Of a stretch of DNA of 64,000 nt, positions 35,019 to 46,324 are shown in pieces. The notes below the pieces were generated by a model. The model had not been told where the DNA came from, ran no database searches, and worked only from the letters and a program-made list of their open reading frames with translations. A program made the position numbers and the translations under genes. This DNA is from Thelocarpon superellum (lineage: Eukaryota): contig JAPEUG010000025.1 of the NCBI GenBank assembly GCA_026025795.1, positions 1 through 64,000 of the forward strand, read 5' to 3'. The first letter of the stretch is position 1. Every line of letters starts with the position of its first letter.

Positions 35019-38000
35019 ATGGTCCGCCCATGGTCCCTCCGTTCCTCCCGGACCCCGTCCGCCGCCGAGCCGTCGGCCGCGGCCGTGCAGGCCGTCGCGG
35101 CCCTGAACATCCAGCGTAATGAGCTGACGGAGGTCTACTGCCCGGACAATCCCAAGGTCGAGTAGGTGCCCCGTTACTGCGCGCATCCTTGTTGTCGCGC
35201 ACGTCCTCGTCGTCCCTACCGTCCCCGCTGATCCGTGCGGCAGTATCGTGCTCGTGCACGGCCTGAATGGCCACCCCCAGACCACCTGGACGGCCAAGAA
35301 CGGCGTCTTCTGGCCCACCCAACTCCTGCCCAAGACCCTGGGTAACGTCAGGGCCCGTATCCTGGTGTACGGGTACAACGCCGACGTCTACGCCTTTGGC
35401 GGCAAGAGCGCCACAGCCGACTATATCCTGCAACATGCCCAGACCTTGGTCTTCAACCTGGACTCGGAGCGCTACACCGAAGACGCCTCCGACCGTCCCA
35501 TCATCTTCGTCGCCCATTCCCTCGGCGGCATCCTGGTCAAGAAGGCGCTGGACTACTCCAGCGAGATCTCCACCGTCAACAACGAGAACCTGCGCTCCAT
35601 CTTCGTCTCCACCTACGGCATCGTCTTCCTCGGCACTCCGCACAATGGCGCCGACCCGGCCAAATGGGGGCTGATGCTGCAGGCCATGGCCAGCGCCCTG
35701 CTGCCCCGGCTGGTCCTCGACACCGAGCCGGGGCTGGTGGCGGCGCTCAAGACGCAGTCGGAGACGCTGCAGAATATCAACGTGAGCTTCTCCAACATGA
35801 TGGAGAAGTTCCACGTCGCCTTCTTCCACGAGGCCCTCAAGACCGACTTTGGCGTCTTCAAAGACTTTGTCGTCGACCAGACCTCCGCTGCCCCGGTCAT
35901 GCCCGGCGCCGCCTACGCCGGCATCGAGGCCACCCACTCGGGCATCTGCAAATATGAGAGCAAGAATTCCCCCGGCTACACCCCGGTCGCCTCCATCATC
36001 AAGCGCTGGGCCCAGGACGCACCCTCCAAGATCGCCAATCGATGGGTCGTGGAGCGCGAGCAGCGCCGACAAGCCAAGCAATTTGCCGCCAACGAGCTCA
36101 CCGGCCATCCCTTGACTGGTAGGCCACATCCTCGCTCTCCTGTGCCCATTACTCACACGCTAACCCCTGCCACCAGCTCCCGACGAGGTGCTTGGACCCG
36201 GCGTCTCCAATCCCAGTACCACGCTGCAGACGGGCGCGTACAATACTCCCAGTAGGTTACCCGCTCTGGCTGCATCCGCACTCACTTCTCCCTCGGCGCC
36301 TCTCTTTGAGGATGTGTACACGGTGGAGGAAATCAAAGACCAAGAGAAGGTGTGAGTGGACAGGGGTGATGACGGCCTTGATGATGCCGCCATCAAGGCC
36401 ACCGCTTCCGGCTCGTCCATCGGCTGTCCGTCCATCATTCCGACCAGGTGGCCTGGCATCTCCATCATGTTATTTTGATCATAGCCAGAGGTGTGAGAAT
36501 GCAAGATTTCAGGTCAGAGGGTGCTGACGTCGTGTCCGGCCCGCCCGTAGGTCAGTCCATTCCCAATCTGCAAGCGTCCACCGACGGCGCCGGCAACTCC
36601 ACGACCCAGCTCGCCATCACCGCGCCCACGCCATCCACGACGATCGACGAGCCCCTCTTCATTGCTCCGGCCGGCTTCCGACCCAACGCGTTGTTCGTTG
36701 GCATGGACCGCGAGCTCGCGGAGCTGGACGAGCGGCTGTTCGACCCACAGGTCCGGGGTCAAGGCGCAGCTTGCGTTTTGCTGAGCTGCATCTCCGGCGG
36801 CGGGAAGTCGCACGTCGCGCGGCAATATGCCTACACACGGCGCGCACGCTTTCCTGGCGGCATCTTCTGGGTCCGTGCGAAGTCCAAGTCGCAGATTGCC
36901 CAAGGCTTCTGGGACATCGCGCAAAAGGCCGCGCTCACGGACGTGCAGGACCCGCGGGTGCTGCACTACGAGCAGGACACCGAGGTCTTCATCAAGGCCG
37001 TCAAGGCGTGGTTCGAGCAACGGCAGGAGTGGTTGCTGGTCTTTGACGGCATCGCCATCGATAGCGAGGAGGAGATGGAGGGCCTTCAGGCCTTCCTGCC
37101 CGACACCAAGAACAGCAGCCTCATCCTGACCTCGGTCGACCGGAGCCTGGTCGGCCGTCATCGCTTGCTCAACCCCGCTAGCATCCGGGTGGCCCCGCTG
37201 AGCGAGGAGGACGCGTGCCGTCTCCTCTTCCTCGAGCTGAACATGCCGTCCCCCACGCCGGTGCAGGTCCTCAAGGCCCACGAACTGGTGGACAAGGTGG
37301 ACTGCCTGCCGCTGGCCATCCACGCCATCGGGCACCGCGTACGGGCAACGAAGGAGCCGCTGGTGAAGTATCACATCCGTCAGTACTCGTCGGCCGATCC
37401 CAGACTCCGCGAACCCTTCATCGAGATCATGGACGATCTGAAGCGGCTGGAGCACTATGAGGCCCGCAACCTGGTCTACCTCCTCGCCTTCTACCGCGAG
37501 AACATCCCCGTCGAGTTGATCCAGTTGGGCGTCAAGGGCCTGCGGCCCTTTCACGTCGAGGTCAAGGCGCGGCATCGCGGCAGCCGGCGTGACCTCAACA
37601 CGACCTTTAGTATCCTGATGCGATATGCGTTGATCGACCGCAACGAGGTCGACGACACCAGCCAATCCGCCAGCACCTCCTTCCCCGAGACCATCGATAC
37701 CTTGAAGATCCACGGCGTCGTCCAGACCTTCCTCGCCGAGACGCTCAAGGCTGAGGGTCAGCTGTCTCGCTGGATCATGTACGCCGTCAAGGTCTTCGTC
37801 TATTCCTTGGCCGAAGCCGATGGCCGGATCCAGCGGGGCCACGGGCTCGTCAAGGATTATCGGTGGTACGAGGTGCACGGCTCGCGGCTGATGGAGCACG
37901 TGGAACGCAACATTGGCAAGAATGTCGAGTTGGAAGCGATCCAGCGCGAGCTATCGGAGGCCTTGCTCATCGTCACCGAGCGCATCCAGGAGAACACGCC

Positions 38001-40083
38001 CAACTCGTCGCAAGAATCGGTGGACGGTCCGCCCGTGCGTGTCTCCGTCTTTGACCGCACCAGCAGCAGCTCGAGTGCGGGCCCCGAGACACCGCACGAC
38101 TCGACGCAGGACCTCTTGCCGTGGAAGTTTCGGGTCAGCGAACCGCAGGAGGTGTCGGTCGAGACGCCCGGCATGGACACCCCTCGTCCCGAGCTCCTCA
38201 GCCGGAGCCCCAAATCGGCCTTTGCACTGGAGGACGCGGGGTATCTGTCGGATCTGGAGCAGTCGCGGCCGTCGCGCGGCATGACGCCGACCATGTCACA
38301 GACGACGGTGCGCGGCGTGTCACGCTACGCCTCGAGCGATGAGGATGACACCCGGCCCGTGGGGGCCAGGATGCCACGAGGATCGCGATCGAAAGAGAAC
38401 CAGCTGCCGCCCCACCGGACGCTGTCCGCGCGACAACGACGACGCTATCGGGACAGCGTGAGCGCCTGGCGACAGATTGCGCCTACGTATTCGGACCCAC
38501 GCGTGACCAAGGTGCACGTCCAGAACCGGCCGCGGCCGTGGATGGAGACGGGCGGCCGACGTGGATCGGAGGCGGAGCAAGCGCTGGCAGCCTTTGACGC
38601 CGGCTTCGCCCACCCGCCGTCGACGGCGCCTAATCCTATCGAGGCAGCGCCCACGGCATCACCCACGGCGTCGCCCCAACGTCCGTCGGGCTCCTGGCGG
38701 CGCCTGCCGGCCCAGCTACAGTCCTACGCGGACTTCGTCACGGGCCGTTCAAGTCGCTCGGCAGCGCCGACGGATGGGGACAGCGCCTCGAGTCCTCGCA
38801 GCGCGTCCTCGCCAACCTCGTCCGGGCTAATTCAGGATCGGCCCGGGGCTCGCGGGCGGAGCCCCCATGGCGAGGAACGACATGCGTCCCCGCTGGCGAT
38901 GGGACGATCGGCTCATCAGCTTGCCTCGCACTCGGCGTCTCCCGGGAGCGGTCACGGCGTGGTGGAGGGCGGAGGCGGAATGCATTCGACGCGGTCGTCG
39001 CCTGGCGCACGGTACCCCGATCCCATGCTTTCGTCCGATCCCGACCTGCGCGTGCACCGGACCGTCCTGAGCGACGACGAGCATGATTCGATGGGGTGGT
39101 ATGGGCCAGTCGGGGTGCAGGGACGCAATCCGCTCCCGTTGCTGCGCGAGGATGTCTCCGTCCCGTCGAAGCGTCCGCTCCCGCCGGCCTTCCGCGGCCA
39201 GGCACGGTCGGAAGACTTCTACCGGAACCAGCAATCGATGTCGATGCACAACATGCCGGCCACAAGCGAGTACACACTCTCGTCCGGCGTGCCCGTGCGC
39301 CCGTACGCGAGTGGGTACACCAGCCAGCCCATGTCGCGGGACGGGTCGGACCACACGGTGAGCCATCAATCGGTGGCGGACACGGAGCCGGCTCGCTTTC
39401 CGCCGCAATTCTCTCCGCTGGCCGGGCCATCGCCCATTTCGCCGCGCGAACGCTTTCACGATGGCGCGCCGGCGTTCAAATCGGCCAAGGTGCAGTCGCT
39501 GGCGGCGGAGGCTGGCCAGCTGTCGCCCCTGGACGCCACGCCGCGCACGGTGTCGAACCACGACCTTGCCGCGATGGGCGGATGGGCGTCGCCCGCGCCC
39601 GAGACGGCCATGTCCATGTCACGGTCCAGCTCGGGGCCGGGCATTGCCACCCAGGGCGCGCTGGTCCGCTTTGGCGAGTCCGAGGCCGTCGAGGCCGACC
39701 TCGACGCGCTGCGCGCCGCCCAGCACCGCGAGCGGCTGCAGCGGGCGATTGAGAAGGGCGAGTTTCGGCCGCTATTGCGTGATCGACGACGCGCGGTGCC
39801 TCCAGGGGTGGACGGGTCGGGCGGCATGCTCCCGTATCCCGACATCAGCCATATGCCGCGCACGAGTGGCGCTCACCGCTCGGCATGGGATGAGAGCATG
39901 GGTGGACGACGACGGGGAAACAGTTCACCATTTCCTCCCGAACCGACAGCAGATGTTGGGCTTGGTGTCACGGTGGGGCAGGCGGGCCTCGGGCAAGAAA
40001 CGGAGATGTCACCGTCTTCGCTCCCTGCCACACCTCCGTCTACATCAACTCCGCGCGGACAGGGGCCGATGGCACGAGAGTGA
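35019..40083 (+). CDS. Alpha/beta-hydrolase (SesB/DUF676-like) + NB-ARC STAND NTPase with long disordered tail; about 1541 aa long isoform
   Basis: IVLVHGLNG, nucleophile elbow FVAHSLGG and ATHSGICKY; NB-ARC entry FVGMDRELAEL, Walker A SGGGKS, Walker B LLVFDG, LPLAI. Introns 35162-35243, 36119-36176 and 36252-36550 keep the frame. Confidence 0.85.
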
Positions 40084-41092
40084 TTCTTTCTGATGGAGGC
40101 TTTGCCCATTTCTCTTTCCGCGTGGGTCACTCATCATCAACGTCATCATCGTCGTTGTTCATCGTTCGTCCTTGGTCAATGGCATTGCATTGCATTGCAG
40201 GTGTCACATGGGCAGGAAAAAATCACGACAAGCAAGCGCAGCACATTATGGATCATCTGTTTCAATTGACTAGCTTCTTGTCGAAAGTTGGATAATGAGG
40301 TATCGAATGTACAATAGACAGATTGGCCGGTCTTTGGCCGGAACATGATAGATAAAGCGACATCTTGACTACGCAATACCCATCACGTGAGCACTCCCCC
40401 CACGTGACCGCTCAACACCGCCTTGCCGCATGTTACTCGTGCAAGCCCAGGCCCGGTGTAGAAAGGCCCACGGCGATAGTCTCATATGAACCAGTGGAGA
40501 TGAATAACTACGACACAGACCTGACGCGGGCTCGGCCACCGGCTCAAGTAGAGTACGACATATGGAGCCGCTGCCGCGTATCTAGACCTGGCAGAAATCA
40601 ACAACTTCCGCCAAAATACGCCCACGTGACTCCCGCCGAGACGGTGCTGGAAGAGGGTGCAATGCTATTTCTCTGCTGGTGCTGGCTCATGCGTCCTACA
40701 GCAGTCCTACCTCGGCCTCGGTACTGGCTCCTCGTCAGTGCTCAGTTCCGGTCGGAGCTGACATGCGCCCCGATCGCAGCCAGATCATGCAAACATTATA
40801 CCGACGCTAGGAATAAATTACGCAGTCTCGAACCACCCGCTCCCACTAGAGACGCCTTCCTACCTCGCAGAGTCCCATCTCATCACAACGCCTGGTCAAG
40901 CGAATCATCGAACTACAACGTTGAAATGACGCTGTCCAGGCAATGCCACGTGCTTATCGTTGTAGCTTGTGCGGCTATGGCCAGTGGTCCTGATCCAAAT
41001 GTTGCAATGCGGAGCCTTCCTGCGCGATATTTGCACAAGGTTTCACATGGACGCACCTGCTCTTGCGCGTCGACCAACCACTACTAGCAGTC

Positions 41093-41170
41093 ATGCTCAA
41101 CCTACCCCTCCGGGCAGTTATGCTCGACCTACCCCTTCCGGGCATTTATGCTCAACCTAAGCCTCCGGGT
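41093..41170 (+). repeat. Three 27/28-bp tandem repeats
   Basis: Units start at 41093, 41120 and 41148 (atgctcaacctacccctccgggcagtt-like). Confidence 0.8.
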
Positions 41171-41512
41171 AGGCAATATCTCGGTCAGAAGAGAGGCAGC
41201 TCGGTCTTCGAGCTGAGAATTAAGCGGCTCCCCATGAGGAAAGATGGCGAGGGTCGGATTGGACGTACTAATAGCAGCATGTTCCGCTCGTGCTGCTGCT
41301 GGGTCTAGTCTCCGTCCGAGAAGCTGTTCAATATCACCGACTCCGGCAATACAAACGGTCTTTGACTGATCGAACAGACACAAAAGCTGACACCGTGAGT
41401 CTGCTCCCTCTTACCTTTCAGGATGACGTCGATCAGAAAGTCCAAGCTGACAGAGACAGCCATCCACGATACGCGTCCCTCGAGCTTCCTTATCTTTCAC
41501 AGCAGCGTCATC

Positions 41513-41881
41513 ATGTTCAGCCCTGTGCGGCTCGCCCGCGCCGCGGCCCTGATCAGTGCGCTCCTGGCCTCCTTCCCTCTGGCCCACGCCGATGTGGACT
41601 GTTGTACAGTCTGCTCAGGCTACGACTTTACCATCGCCACCGATACGATGACTCCCACTGCCCAGAGCTTCAATGCCACTCTTCAACAAGAATGCGGCCT
41701 GGAGGTTGCAAGTGACGAGGTCGAGAACTTCTCGTCCTTCTATCATGGGTATACCTGGGAGGTGACCTTCAAGCCCATGGATGAAGTTGCTCACGAGTGC
41801 CTCGAGCGCGAGATTGGCTCGACATTTGCCGGGGGTCAAACTATCCATTGCCATGGTGACCCGGATGACCCAGTCTGGTAA
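41513..41881 (+). CDS. Small secreted cysteine-rich protein, 122 aa, 6 Cys
   Basis: Signal-peptide-like MFSPVRLARAAALISALLASFPLAHA|DV; Kozak-like CATCATG; even Cys count; intronless. Confidence 0.75.
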   Translation: MFSPVRLARAAALISALLASFPLAHADVDCCTVCSGYDFTIATDTMTPTAQSFNATLQQECGLEVASDEVENFSSFYHGYTWEVTFKPMDEVAHECLEREIGSTFAGGQTIHCHGDPDDPVW

Positions 41882-43138
41882 ATGTGACCTAGACTCCGCG
41901 TGAGATACCCATCAACCGATATCTCGAAATGTGGCACTTATCGATGCCCGAATGTTTCTACGATAGCAACCACACGCACTAGACTTGGTTGAAAATATCG
42001 CAGAGCACTATGCAAAGACATGCCTGTTGCGTGGATCCGCTTCAAGCGTGACGATTGGCGTGCCCTCGGTGCTGGCTCCTGGTCGGTGCTCTTTAGGCTT
42101 ATGAACGCTGGAGGGACACTTCTGTCCTTGCAACCGATAAAGAGAATTGTGACCACGAAGTGTAGAGGTAGGCGGAATCATTTGACTTCGTCGGTGGGCT
42201 AAGGCGTAAGTCCCACACCTCCATTCGAACTCCGTAACACTTGAGTTGCACGCTGGAGCTCGGCTAGCGGCCAGCGGCCTGTTACGAGTATACGCAGTCG
42301 GAGCGTGACGTGACTGCACGCATGAAAGTCACATGACAGCCTCCTATTCCCACAGCAAGGCGTAGCCCCCGGCCTCGCAGGGATCGGCTGACACAACAAG
42401 GGCTGGTCAACAACACCTTCTACCTCGTACGTATCAGATCGCATAGCAGTTCCACGACCAACCCTTCCAATACCACAATGGCCTAGAAAGCACAGGTCGA
42501 CACTGCTGCTTAGAAGGAGCCATCTCAAGATCCAGCTCCGAGACTCTCGCGCCGCTTTACCCGGCAATACTCCACGAGAACTTGCCGCAGTCTCGGTCGC
42601 CCTTTCTCAGGTCTCGTCGGCCGTTGGAGGCTCGAGGTGGCTCATTTGTTCGCCTCGCCCCAGCTGGAGGATCACTTCATCTAGGCGCTGTGCCTCGCTC
42701 AATTGATCGTTAGATCTCTGCTCTATCTTGCAGGATGGGTTCGAGGTAGGTCCCCAGCCACCGTGCATTCCGTGCCTGGCGGCTTTTGTGACGCACGATA
42801 TTCCACAGTAATATGCATTGTTATGTTTCACTGCGGCATTGTTGCCTTGAAACATGTTCGTTCCTCTTTCATAAATTTGTGCGGGAACAGGAGCGCCAAA
42901 CATCAAACCGCCGTGGCTTGGCCATGATGCTTTCGGCCCTTGACAGCTTAGCAGATTTGAGTTTGCACTCTCCGACGTCGATAAGCTTGAACGTGGGAGG
43001 GTATATTCAACATCTTCTATAGCGATATGATCATTGTCCAACGGAGGAATGTGGACTACAAAGTCCTGGACGATCCCCCCAGGAGAGACGTGGTTGTTGC
43101 ACGCACATCTCAGGTGCGGTCCTCCGCCGCACGCCATC

Positions 43139-46100
43139 ATGAGGGGTCTCTCCGTCTCGCTCTCGATCCTTGGGGCATTCCTGGCATGCTCCCATCTGGT
43201 CCGGGCCAGCCCGCACTCCAGGGTGCACCAGCATTTACACAAACAACGCCAGCATCTCTCGGATCATGTGGAGAGCCATGCCGCCCACGACCGCCGCGCC
43301 GCCCCAATGATGGGGCTGGGAAGTAGCCTTGCTGGTCACACCTTGACCTTTCACTACCCAGCTGCAGGCAACCTGGATCGACGAGTGTCCGTTGCCGCAC
43401 CATCCCGTCCATTTCCCGCCGCACATCATTTTATCACGGTGGTAGGAGAGGACCAGAAAACATGGCATACAATCGCCGTCAACGATTACGGGAACACCAA
43501 GGCGTACGTCCACATCCGAAGACAAAACATAGACCCGAGAATGCTGGGCAAGGACGTGACCATCCCAGTCTCGTCAAGAGAGGACGAAGTGAAGGTGATC
43601 AATCGAGCCAACACCGGCGGCCTGAGCGATCGGGCACTATACAAAGCCGTGGCTACCACCATGCGAGACGTGCCTATCTCCAAAACCTCGTCGGATTCGG
43701 GAGTCTTCATGACCAGGTTGATGCAGGAGATCTGTAACGTACAGCACTGGCGCATCGCCGGATCATCCATGGATACGGCGCGAGCCGACGCGATCGCCCA
43801 AAAGTCGATGAAAGGGTATGCCGACTATTACACACAGAACAACTTCGCCGATCCTCCCAAGATTCTCACCGAGATTCACGTCACATCGAGTCAGGATGCC
43901 GGCAGAGACGACGTGTATTCGGTCAAGGACGCACAAGGAAACTGGGTGAGCTACACCAAGGATTGGGTCTGGAGAGGATCGATCGATGCGTGGAAGCTCG
44001 CACCCGCCCAAGCGGCACCACCATCCTCAGCAGCTCCTGCGGCACGACCGGCCCGAGCACCGAAAGCGGCGCGACCGCGTCTACCAACGATCGCGGAGGG
44101 CAACGAGAATGCGGAGGACGACAAGGTGCGCCCCACGGGCTGGGGCCTATGCTGGAGAAGTGAAGGCGGCGGTTGCACGGCGGGCTCCAACAAAGGCACA
44201 ATTACCGGTGCATCAGGGGCGGGAGATGTGGCAAGTACTGAGAGTTCTGTATCCGTCCGAATTGGTGGCGTGCTGCAGGACATCGTCGTTGTCGCGGCCA
44301 AAGCGGCGGCGGCGGCGGGTGTCGCGGCGCTGGTGGCCTCGCCAGGCCTGATCATCTATGACTTTGTCAAGGGGAACAAGGTCGGCGGGGCGTTCGGTGT
44401 CGCCTCAGCGGCGCTCGGCGCGGCCGCGATCGCAACCGCCGAAGTGCCGCCCATTGCCGTGCTATGCGCGGCGCTATCGGCCGTCTTTGCCATCCTCCCC
44501 CTGGCGTGGAACGAGAATGGGCAGCCGCTGCCTGATCGCGCCAATGCCACCCAGATCATCCAGTACGTCATGTTCGGCGACAAAGATCACACGGGTAATG
44601 AGAAGTGTCGGGAAGGGATCAACGGCCAAGCAGGGAACCCGACGTGCCAGGCCGTGTACGGGCCAAACGTCATCGAATCCGCCTTTTCCTGGGACAACAA
44701 CTTCGACGCCGTCGCCTTGCTCCTCTACGCCAACCAAGGATACCCGATGAGCATTCCCGACATTGCCAAGGCTTTCGTCATCAACGGTTCGGATGTCTCG
44801 GGCCCCCAAGTGGCCACGATCCAATGCCATCAGAAGAAGTGTCTCACGATTGGTTGTGACCGCGGCTGCTCCCAGCCCACGTTCGCCCTCCAGCGGCGTT
44901 GGATCACCATTCCCGGCATCAACCAGACGGCCGACAGGGTCTACGATCGCGTGCTGCCCAACTCGGGTGGGGACTGCAATCTCTTGGACGATGTTTCGGC
45001 AAAAACCACCAACGGCACCAACATTACCCACACGGGCGCGCCCGTGGCAATTGCATGCGGGCTGACGGCATCCACGCCCGCTCCGAGCAACGCGTCGACG
45101 GATGGCGCCGTGCACAGCGTCGTCGCACCGCAGCCGCCCACGGGCTTTGCCCAAGTGCTGGATGCCAGCAACGCCCTCTGCTTTGACGACAAGCTCTGCC
45201 TTCCCGCTGGTACCTACAGTGTTCCTAGCGCGAAGCTGGGTGCTGATTTCATGTCCGTGAGCAGCATGACGATGCCCCCGGGCGGGTCGATGATCTTCAG
45301 TATCTTGAAGCCCGTGCCCGGACAGCGTCAAGTGCAGCCGACGAACATCACCTACACGACCAATGAGACGAGCAGCGATGGAGACTTTGCCACCAACATG
45401 AAGGTGCTCGTCCAGGACCGGGCGAGCACCTTCAATGTCTCACTTCCGGGACCCGAGCTTCCCCTGCTATGCCTCTTCACCGAGATCGACTATCTGGGTG
45501 ACGTCGCCTGCTACGGCCCAGGCAGTGGGAACGTCAGTGCCGAGATGGCGAACCAGGCGCAGTCACTCAGCGCGCAGGGAAATATCACAGCGTACGCATA
45601 TGGAGTTACCTATGGAGACCCGCAGGGCCTGTTGATACGAGAGAGCATCCCCGACCTCTCCGCTCGTTTCCTGGGAGACCACGACACGTTTAGTAACGCC
45701 ATCAAGGCCGTGTGGGTCATTGACAATCTGGACTCGGACGATTCGGACGGGTCGGACGATTCGGACGGGTCTGATGATTCGGATGGCTCAAATAGCTCGG
45801 ACGGCGTCGACGACGACGACGTGCAGTTCATCCTCTTGCCATGGAATCCCAACAATACGTGTTCAGACAATACAACCTTGACACGTCGCGATGGTGACTT
45901 GACAGCGTCGTCCAATGCTTCTACGCCGGCTGGTGGTATGCGCAATGACACCTTACCTGCGTCGTCCAACGGTTCTGCGCCGGTTGGGGGATTGCTCAAT
46001 GACACGTTACCGGCGTCGTCGGACTCGGCAGTAGATCCAAGTGGCAACCAGACGACACGTTCGATCCCGTCTTGTGTCTACCCGGACCTGGGGCTACCCG

Positions 46101-46285
46101 ACTACTACATGAACAGCTCCACCGCCAGGGGCGACAATGCGACCCTTGCAGCACAGGGTGGAGCCGTCGACGCCCCCAGCAACGCAACGTTAGAAGACGA
46201 CATGACCTCTGCGCTGCAGGGAGCCGGCAATGCGTCCACAAATTTGCCGGCATCAGCTAGGCGACATCAGCTCTTCTTTGACTGA
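43139..46285 (+). CDS. Large intronless secreted multidomain protein (1048 aa), toxin-like, with hydrophobic helices and beta/gamma-crystallin-like domain(s)
   Basis: Signal peptide MRGLSVSLSILGAFLACSHLVRA|SP; pro-region ending DRR; hydrophobic stretch about 44265-44510; Greek-key-like LCLFTEIDYLGDVAC...NQAQSL...IPDL...FSNAIKAVWV; many NxS/T sequons. The ORF is certain; its function is inferred. Confidence 0.75.
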   Translation: MRGLSVSLSILGAFLACSHLVRASPHSRVHQHLHKQRQHLSDHVESHAAHDRRAAPMMGLGSSLAGHTLTFHYPAAGNLDRRVSVAAPSRPFPAAHHFITVVGEDQKTWHTIAVNDYGNTKAYVHIRRQNIDPRMLGKDVTIPVSSREDEVKVINRANTGGLSDRALYKAVATTMRDVPISKTSSDSGVFMTRLMQEICNVQHWRIAGSSMDTARADAIAQKSMKGYADYYTQNNFADPPKILTEIHVTSSQDAGRDDVYSVKDAQGNWVSYTKDWVWRGSIDAWKLAPAQAAPPSSAAPAARPARAPKAARPRLPTIAEGNENAEDDKVRPTGWGLCWRSEGGGCTAGSNKGTITGASGAGDVASTESSVSVRIGGVLQDIVVVAAKAAAAAGVAALVASPGLIIYDFVKGNKVGGAFGVASAALGAAAIATAEVPPIAVLCAALSAVFAILPLAWNENGQPLPDRANATQIIQYVMFGDKDHTGNEKCREGINGQAGNPTCQAVYGPNVIESAFSWDNNFDAVALLLYANQGYPMSIPDIAKAFVINGSDVSGPQVATIQCHQKKCLTIGCDRGCSQPTFALQRRWITIPGINQTADRVYDRVLPNSGGDCNLLDDVSAKTTNGTNITHTGAPVAIACGLTASTPAPSNASTDGAVHSVVAPQPPTGFAQVLDASNALCFDDKLCLPAGTYSVPSAKLGADFMSVSSMTMPPGGSMIFSILKPVPGQRQVQPTNITYTTNETSSDGDFATNMKVLVQDRASTFNVSLPGPELPLLCLFTEIDYLGDVACYGPGSGNVSAEMANQAQSLSAQGNITAYAYGVTYGDPQGLLIRESIPDLSARFLGDHDTFSNAIKAVWVIDNLDSDDSDGSDDSDGSDDSDGSNSSDGVDDDDVQFILLPWNPNNTCSDNTTLTRRDGDLTASSNASTPAGGMRNDTLPASSNGSAPVGGLLNDTLPASSDSAVDPSGNQTTRSIPSCVYPDLGLPDYYMNSSTARGDNATLAAQGGAVDAPSNATLEDDMTSALQGAGNASTNLPASARRHQLFFD
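45730..46025 (+). repeat. In-frame coding repeats: DDSDGS-type units about x4 and LPASSNxSxPxGGxxNDT about x2.5
   Basis: 18-bp units at 45731-45820 and 54-bp units at about 45899-46025. Confidence 0.85.
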
Positions 46286-46324
46286 GCTCGATCTGTAATG
46301 CTGAGAGCTCGATCTGTAATGCTG
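46284..46324 (+). repeat. 21-bp-period tandem duplication at the stop codon (gagctcgatctgtaatgctg x2)
   Basis: Direct inspection. Confidence 0.85.

Noticed and set aside
34948..37899. Long antisense ORFs (402 and 461 aa) opposite the hydrolase-NB-ARC gene; similar shadows occur over other genes
   Set aside because: Expected from GC-rich codon bias of the sense gene.
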